64,000 nt of DNA from Klebsormidium nitens (lineage: Eukaryota; Plantae; Klebsormidiophyceae), in contig DF237250.1 in NCBI GenBank assembly GCA_000708835.1, positions 44,448-108,447 on the forward strand. The letters run 5' to 3'. The notes beneath the pieces are model-generated. The model was not told the origin of the DNA. It saw nothing but the letters and a program-made list of their open reading frames with translations, and searched no databases. The position numbers and the translations under genes are program-made. Shown in pieces: positions 60,059 through 64,000 of this stretch (within the stretch, counting starts at the first letter, position 1; the number at the start of each line of letters is the position of its first letter).

Positions 60059-61030
60059 CTAGATGTCGACGTGCTTATCCGGAGCTCCTCGGTGCTGATC
60101 TGGAAATAAGTGCTGTAGATGGCTTATAGTCAGCGATTTCCCATTTGAGAACGAGATGTCACCGACGAATCGTGACAGGTTGTTCTCGCTCATTGCTAGA
60201 CCCATGTTCCTGACGCAGACCAAGAAGTATGCTCGCGGCACAAGATTCAAGGATCTCGTAACATAGTGGCTGAATCTGGCCGTCAGGGGGTGGGTTCGCT
60301 CGCACTCCTCCCCTGAACTCCCCTTTTCTCTCAAGATCAAGCTGAATGTGCCGTCTCCCCCTTCTCTCAGCGTATTGCCCTTGATTGTAAATGCGGCACC
60401 CGCAAATGAGCTGTAGAACGACCCATTTTTCCTCTGGATTGGAAGGTCGGCCCACCCTCTTCCCCTTTCGGGCTCGAGAATGTATGCAACAAGAATGAGG
60501 TGTTGAAAAACAGTCCTAACTTCGTCGCGAGTAAGCGCGTCTCCACAATCGACTCTTGGCACCAAGTACTGTCGTATGAAACGACCAAGTCTCTTGACTT
60601 TATTCACAACTTCATCTCGACTCACGAATTCATCTGGAGGGGTCGCACTTACTCTATTCTTGGCGAGATGCTTGGCCTCAAGAAAGGCTTTGTAGTATAT
60701 CTCGTGAGTCTCCTTCCAATTATGCAAACGACAGATGACGAGCAGGGGGGTAAGTTTGCTTGCTAGAGAGCCCTTATTTGGATACTTTGCTTGAAGAACC
60801 GGAATGATGGCGTCGACTCTAGATCGGATCCATTCTGTATCGACAGGCAGAGTCGGATCTCCCGTTAGGGCATCATGTATTATCCTAACGCCGAGCACAT
60901 ATTGAGAAACGGTTGCTTGGGAACGAGAACCGTTGGCTTTGAGCAGCTCCTCGAGCCTCTTTTCACCACACGCGATTGGTCTTGAAGCATTCGAAATCGT
61001 GTGCAAAGTTGGGGCTCCAGACAAGGCCAT
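60059..61030 (-). CDS. Tyrosine-recombinase-like protein, catalytically degenerate or truncated
   Basis: 323-aa intronless ORF. Helical N-terminus (SQATVSQY), LILVAYILEPERGR (box I Arg) and LTISHLQHLF where LRH is expected; it ends before any His/Tyr box II. Confidence 0.5.
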   Translation of the reverse strand: MALSGAPTLHTISNASRPIACGEKRLEELLKANGSRSQATVSQYVLGVRIIHDALTGDPTLPVDTEWIRSRVDAIIPVLQAKYPNKGSLASKLTPLLVICRLHNWKETHEIYYKAFLEAKHLAKNRVSATPPDEFVSRDEVVNKVKRLGRFIRQYLVPRVDCGDALTRDEVRTVFQHLILVAYILEPERGRGWADLPIQRKNGSFYSSFAGAAFTIKGNTLREGGDGTFSLILREKGSSGEECERTHPLTARFSHYVTRSLNLVPRAYFLVCVRNMGLAMSENNLSRFVGDISFSNGKSLTISHLQHLFPDQHRGAPDKHVDI

Positions 61031-61399
61031 AGAGGTTATCTAAGCTGTGAAATTATTTCCATGAGTTAACCTCACGTATCCACGCAATCGCGGAATCGTG
61101 ATGAGAGCTGGTCACAAATTGCTGAGTTCTTGGTTTTTGGTTACGTCGCATTTCGCTTTTGAACGATTCCATGTACCATTCAGCAGTAAATTGCCCAACT
61201 TCTTTTCGATCGAAATTCAACTGGGCCATACTGGATTCGTGATGAACGGTGGACATGTTTTTAGAACGGGACATCCTTCAATTACATGCATGTCTCTGGT
61301 TATTGGCGCAATATTAAGCGTGCTCGAGGTTACCTAGTCGAGAGGGCTCGACATAAACTACTACGTATGCTACCATGTGAATATGGTTATAACTTTCGT

Positions 61400-61948
61400 T
61401 CATGAGGCCTCTCCATTGGACGTAGCCGGCAAGGTTTCATCTCGTGGCACATCTGCCACTCGAAGACCCTTGCGAGTCTTCTGTGGATTTGCAAGCAATT
61501 CCAACAGTAGAACGCTCTCGGATGATTCTACATCACATGATCTGTCATTATCATTCGTTCGATTCTCATGATGCTTTCGTCTCGTCCGACGCATTCGATC
61601 GTGAAGCAACGTGGTATTTGAATGATGCATCTTCTTGGCTCTTTGCATCAAGCGCAGCACGCTACCCCATTCGACAAATATGTGATGAGGTCTCGTTGAG
61701 TCCATCTTGCAGACGCGAAAGCCCTCTGCAATCAGAGAGCGTGTCACAAAGTTCGTGATATTTTGCAGATTGAATGGCGCCGTGAGAGCGCGTAGGCCTG
61801 CCACTGCGCCGATGTCAATTATTACGTGAGTGAGTTGCTGGTGCTGGTAACTGCGAACGATTATGGAACGGACACTTGCAAGCACGCTAAGATTCTTATC
61901 TCGGACCGTCTTTTCAGTCGGAGATTGGAATCCAGCTATTGCGTCCAT
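61400..61948 (-). CDS. Hypothetical protein resembling a conserved small NCLDV family (DUF5759-like)
   Basis: FNLQNITNFVTRSLIAEGFRVCKMDSTRPHHIFVEWG matches the remembered pattern Y....i..yi...L...GF.V......i.isW. Confidence 0.5.
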   Translation of the reverse strand: MDAIAGFQSPTEKTVRDKNLSVLASVRSIIVRSYQHQQLTHVIIDIGAVAGLRALTAPFNLQNITNFVTRSLIAEGFRVCKMDSTRPHHIFVEWGSVLRLMQRAKKMHHSNTTLLHDRMRRTRRKHHENRTNDNDRSCDVESSESVLLLELLANPQKTRKGLRVADVPRDETLPATSNGEAS

Positions 61949-62083
61949 GTGCTAGGTATTAATAGACATCATCATAAATTAGCAAACCATCTCAACCGAG
62001 TATTAAAGCTCTGAAATAGGAATGACCTAGACCTCTGGTGGTCTTTTACAGGAAGATCATGGTATCATGAATCAATGCCAGAC

Positions 62084-64000
62084 TCAACTTCGCCCCTTCT
62101 TAATCAAGTCTCTCAGCGGATTCTTATTCTCGCTCAAATAGACGGCGTACTTGGATCGTTCGAACAGCGTGTCTAGGATCGTCGTTACTCTGCTGAGTAG
62201 CCGCTTGATGCTAGTAATCTGCTAGAGACTAGCCGCGCATCTCTTCAGCCCAGAGTTGATGCCCTCCGAGGCCGTCGTGATCGTTTGGCGATGTTGCGGA
62301 AAGCTGTCGATGAAGAGAGTGGGCGAGCACGTGTGCGTCGCGTAGCGCTTGGCTCCCGAGGACGCGCAGCTGATAGGCCCCGAGTGGAAGCGGTCAACGA
62401 CAAATAGGATGAACTTAGCCAGATGCGGCACCCTGTTTAGCAGCCATTCCTGGGCGTTGCAGGCGGCGTCCTCCACGATCGTGAGTCCCCGCAGCGTCTT
62501 GAAGGGAAACCGCGTGAGCAGCACAGTTCCCAAGTCCGACACCGACTCACCCCCCTTCAACCAATGGTAACCGAGAGGCGCCCGATTTTGGCAGCACGCA
62601 ATGAATATGCCGGCCCGCCCCTTGGACGACTGAGGGTTCGGAGCACTGCAGTGTTGGGTAAGACGCTCCTCCGAACCCTTCTTTCCCCGTCCGGATTCGT
62701 CCTCCCAGTCCACGAATTGCGGCCGCCCGTAGAGCAACGGGTGGAAGCCGTACGTCGAGACAGCCTCCACCCGCTCTCTGTAGATTGTTGAGGGCGCCGA
62801 AAGGAAGCCGCCCTCTCCGTAGCACTGCGGCTCGCGAACCTCCAGCTCAAAAAGAAGTGAGTTGGCAACCCTCTTCAGCGCCACACCCCGTTGCTCCGCG
62901 TACTCCATCGCCGCCGCCTCAAGTTGGCCCACGAGCCTCAACCGCTCGCTTTCAATGGTCCACATATGCTCGGTGGCATCATGGAGGGCCGCAAGAGGCG
63001 AACGATGGGACGAAGTTGGCCGGTTTGCGCTGGACTCGAAGCAGAGCAGGTTCGTGGCGTAGATGTCACGCACGAGGGGCCACAGCGTCGGGGGGAATGC
63101 GTACAGCCCTCCAGCAATCGGGTGCAGGCGCAGGATCGCCGCCAGCATGGGGGCGTCCTCGGACAGGAAGGCCATCCCTCGCTGGTCGAGCGGGCCCTCC
63201 AGCAAGAGGTGGCGGAGCAGCTTCAGGGTGACGATGCGCCCAAACACCCACGAATACCGGGGTATGAGGAGCGCGTGGAGCAGGGCCGCGTATGGCTGCC
63301 AGTGATCGGGGCACCAACCCGACGCCCCCACCGGCCCGTCCTTCAGAAAGCCTTGCATCCAAGGCCGTCGTGGGACTCCCTTGCACATCGCACACGTCTC
63401 CGTATCCGCACACCCCCCCGACTCCGTCACGAGGTCGATCAGGGCCCTCACGTTCGCCGGCAGCCCCTCCCGCATCGCCACGAACTCCCCCGGCTTCAGA
63501 GGCGCGTTGCTCCCTTGCGCTGGGGCCTTCCGAAAGTTGCACCATCTTAGCGTTAAAGCACGTACTGCCGGCCGCAGCTCCGAGAGTCCATTGCGATACT
63601 TCCAGGGGCAATCGATCCCCTCTAGCGGCACACACGAGGGCCGCACCCCCCCGACACTTAGAGGAGTGAAGCCACCGGCCACTCGAGGCGCTTCTGGGTC
63701 CGGCTCGCAGATGGAATGAAGCGACGCCTCCGTCCCCGCGTCCCGCATCGCGCTGGAGTTTGCGAAGAAGGTGCCGTCGAAGGTGATAACCTTCTCTCGT
63801 CCGAAGGAGTACGTGGTCAGCTCGGAGAACGCCCCCTCTGTCCGCTCGGGCCTCAAGGGGTTGCTTGCCGCTTGGGCCTCCGCCTCAGCCGCTTGGACCT
63901 CCCTCGGTAGAGGTGGGAGCAATCGGGGCGCGAGCACACGTGCTGGATCCGCGAGCGTGCGGCGAGGTCGTTGAATGTGACGATTCGAGTCTATGAATCT
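62084..64000 (-). mobile_element. KDZ (Kyakuja-Dileera-Zisupton) transposase with Cys-rich N-terminal region; open at the window edge, with an in-frame TAG at 62224-62222
   Basis: GIFIACC..PLGYHWLKGGES, IVEDAACN..LLNRVP..FVVDRFH..HTC and SEGINSGLK are KDZ catalytic-core motifs. The frame is open from 64000 and continues 45 codons past the TAG to a TGA at 62086-62084. Confidence 0.8.

Noticed and set aside
55400-62000. Formal call as Polinton, Polinton-like virus, virophage or giant endogenous viral element
   Set aside because: No capsid, packaging ATPase, protease or PolB gene and no termini are visible in the window.
1-64000. tRNA or rRNA genes
   Set aside because: No cloverleaf A/B-box pattern or rRNA-conserved segment recognised by eye; tRNAscan-SE or barrnap would be decisive.

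Overview
Eukaryotic genomic DNA with GT-AG spliceosomal introns and GC3-rich exons. The plant/algal-type gene set and TTTTAGGG motifs suggest a streptophyte green alga such as Klebsormidium (inference). The left half (1-33.3 kb) holds six multi-exon host genes: pyrimidine 5'-nucleotidase (3' part), a UPF0114/YqhA membrane protein, TIM21, a NodH-like sulfotransferase, a secreted glyoxal/galactose-oxidase-family copper radical oxidase (one frameshift), and an oxygen-dependent coproporphyrinogen oxidase with an unusual insert. Several host introns carry degenerate copies of adjacent splice junctions. The right half (33.4-64 kb) is accessory or mobile DNA. It begins with a structured hairpin array and a LINE-like remnant. 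Next come two diverged copies of an element whose core is an intron-containing gene fusing a PrimPol-type AEP primase to a herpes-UL9-like origin-binding SF2 helicase, threaded by about 20 copies of a 12-bp inverted-repeat/33-bp spacer motif. After an assembly gap (54459-55171) lie a head-to-head pair of HIRAN genes and an intronless virus-like cluster: Prim-Pol/SF3 primase-helicase with adjacent inverted iterons, a degenerate tyrosine-recombinase-like ORF and an NCLDV-type small ORF. A KDZ transposase runs off the right edge. No capsid, packaging ATPase or PolB gene is visible, so the element class cannot be named. All family assignments are from motif recognition by eye; no database searches were run.
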